Shown: positions 61,401 to 64,000 of the stretch, piece after piece
How the letters are laid out: each line of letters opens with the position of its first letter
How positions within the stretch are numbered: the first letter of the stretch is position 1
Source: Bugula neritina
Lineage: Eukaryota > Animalia > Bryozoa
Length of the DNA stretch: 64,000 nucleotides
Assembly (NCBI GenBank): GCA_964035545.1
Contig: OZ037769.1
Location: forward strand, 7,235,929-7,299,928
Direction: 5' to 3'
Notes under the pieces: model-generated
The model's database searches: none
What the model was told of the DNA's origin: nothing
Seen by the model: only the letters and a program-made list of their open reading frames with translations
Position numbers and translations under genes: made by a program

Positions 61401-63594
61401 TTCTAGAAATTGCCTACTATACGGTTTTATTTGCCAAGTCCAATGTTCTAACTTTTTATAGAATTTATATCAGGCCACAAATTCCATGGAGAAGAAGTTT
61501 ACAAAGGAAATGTGCTTGAAAATTGGAAGTCAAATACCTAGTTATACTTATTCTATTCAACTCTAGGATTTCCCTATAATGCGGATGTCTTTCAGGAAGA
61601 GAAATAATATTTAGGTATTGTTCAGTTGGCTGTGTGGGTTCTACAGTCTGTTTGTGTATAAACATTTACACTAATTCACAGTCCCAACTGTTTACCACCT
61701 GCGCTGTCTGACAGTATGCAAAGTTTTTTTATAGATTAGTTAACAATACTCTGCCATATATAGAAAAGGTTTTAATTTTAACTCCTCTCTCCCCCTCCCA
61801 CCCCACTTAAAAATTAGCCCTACAGATGCATGAAAGCTCAACAGGTAGAAAAATTGCACACCATGATTTTTACTAATAAAATATATATTAAAAATAAAGT
61901 GATGAGCTACAAACTCCTTTTTAATGTTGACATATTTTATTCAACAATTTATAATAATTGTTTACACTTGAAAAAATTATTTTCTGTGCTGTTTAATCAT
62001 AAACCATCATAATTTTATTAAGGCAGCATTTGCTTACAACTTAACATGCTATCAGTTATTCATACTATGTGAATAAACATAAGTACATTATATCCACAAC
62101 ACAGTATAGAGAGAAGAACATTAAGTCCAATAGCAAAAATTTGAGTTATTATATGTCAGCTAATCAACATTTTACTATAACTTCAAAATATATTTTTAGA
62201 ATATAGCTGCCACAGCAGCACACTTTCAATAACATTGTGGTTTGATTGCTCTTGTCAAATGTAAATCTTTACAGCCAGCTTTTGTTAGTAACCCGCACAG
62301 TACTTGTAGGAAGAGTAAAAGATATTTATTGGGAAACTTTCAAGAGATGTGTTAATACCTTATCTAAAATCTTAAGCATTGGTACACTGTGTATAGTACA
62401 GGACAGTTTTTGACTGATCTGCTAACAGGTTGTATAATATAAACATCTAGTTGGATGTTTTGAAGCTTATAATAGCCGCATGAAAAATATTGTGTCCTTT
62501 CTTGAGCACTATCAAACATTTTTCAAACAAGTATTTAAAATGGTCTGCAATGGAGAATTATAAATACTAAAAGTGTGAAAAATCAATAATTATCATTGAA
62601 CTGTTTGTTAATGTTATAATATAATACATATATTGAAACACAGTTGAATTGGTTTTGTGATTAAAAGGATATGATGAGAGTAAGTAGTAAAGAGTCTTGG
62701 TGCTAAAAAAGTTATAAGTATAAAAGTAATTTACTGAGTCATACCCATAAATTATACTTTAGTCTTTGACAATTTACGTATGCCTTCAGATGTTAAAATC
62801 AGCTTATGGTTTAATAAGATATTCAACTGTGAAGTTTATATTTTATACAATTTCAACGAAATCAGTCCACCGCATTATACATATTATCTTTGTATATTAG
62901 TTTTCAACACTATTTTATACAAAGCTGTACGAGAAAACTAAAATTATCATGCAACACCAAACTCTCGTCATAATTAAGAAAGATTATTGCTCTTTCAAAT
63001 CTAGAAGGTAACTAGAATAAGTAAGCCAGCGAGTGCTGTTTGCAGCAGCATATCTTCACCTCAAGTCGGAGAATATAGCATGTGAAACTCACCATCCTGT
63101 GTGCTACTATAGTATTTATGAAAGAAGGAACTACATTTGAATGAGAAGATTATTAATCCTGTTATTAACTACAATTCCGCATCGTATAACTGTATTGTCA
63201 TGGCGGTCTCAGTGGTACAGTTATTGTAGCTGCTGTTCTAACATATATGTTTGTTTATGCATTTGTAGAGCTCACAGATGATATAATGAACTTGTTTTTC
63301 CATTTCTTGACCTATTTCATAGAGGAAGTCCTCTGTTCATATTCAGCTTACACTAATCTGCTGGATTTTGCAATATTTGGCAATTACACTGAATTCTTAA
63401 TTTATAATTTTCTAACTTCCTGTAAAAGCATCACCGAGTTTTACATCCGACGAATAACCTTTAATTGTTTTTTTCAATTACCATTTTGATAAAATTTAGA
63501 ACTTTGCTTTAAGAGTTTTATATTCACCAGTTTCCGGCTCTTATTATGTTGCAATGTTTCTCCGGACTATGCCTAGTAAATTTTATAGACATGT

Positions 63595-63900
63595 CTGTCA
63601 CCTACATAGTCATGCACATTAGGACCACATATTAGGTCCACCTACATGGTCTTACATATTAGGACCACCTATATGGTCTTATATATTACAGGACTACCTA
63701 CATGGTCTTATATATTACAGGACCACCTACATGGTCTTATATATTAGGACCAGCTACATGGTCTTATATATTAGGACCAGCTACATGGTCTTATATATTA
63801 GGACTACCTACATGATCTTATATATTACAGGACCACCTACATGGTCTTATATATTAGGTCCACCTATACATGGTATTGTATATTAAAGCCACCTACATAA
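63595..63900. repeat. 27/29-bp minisatellite (GGACCACCTACATGGTCTTATATATTA[CA])
   Basis: About 10 direct tandem copies. Confidence 0.9.
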
Positions 63901-64000
63901 TTATTATTATTGGGATTGCTTATATGAATGCATTGAAAAAAAAGGAATTTGTTAAGCAATATTTCATTTATAATATAGATAGCTTGAAACAGGATCGACA

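Noticed and set aside
58500-63500. Possible further gene at the right end (ORFs 58631-58858, 61465-61665, 63247-63489)
   Set aside because: No recognisable domain or consistent exon chain could be assembled by eye; small exons cannot be excluded.

Overview
AT-rich, intron-containing animal (invertebrate, probably spiralian) genomic DNA, read by hand. Host genes from left to right: the 5' part of GDP-D-glucose phosphorylase (GDPGP1, minus strand, runs off the left edge), a small leucine-rich-repeat gene, TRAF3IP1/IFT54 (about 16 exons) and SPAG8. These are followed by a minus-strand neuropeptide cluster that the ORF track largely misses because it is spliced. The cluster holds two intact tandem oxytocin/vasopressin-type precursor genes (signal peptide, CYIRTCDLGIL-GKR, 14-Cys neurophysin) and a two-exon orphan secreted precursor with dibasic sites. 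The predicted hormone is an 11-residue amidated peptide lacking the usual Asn5 and Pro7, and its neurophysin lacks the canonical hormone-binding Glu; this is the most interesting signal in the window. Mobile DNA comprises an internally deleted Gypsy element, a Tc1 fossil interrupted by an intact CR1-group LINE, a very young full-length Gypsy element in IFT54 intron 1 (identical LTRs, a -1 frameshift signal, extra non-env ORFs), Harbinger and hAT MITEs, tRNA-derived SINEs, and a Penelope-like remnant carrying a minimal hammerhead ribozyme. All homology calls are from motif recognition and memory; no database search was run.
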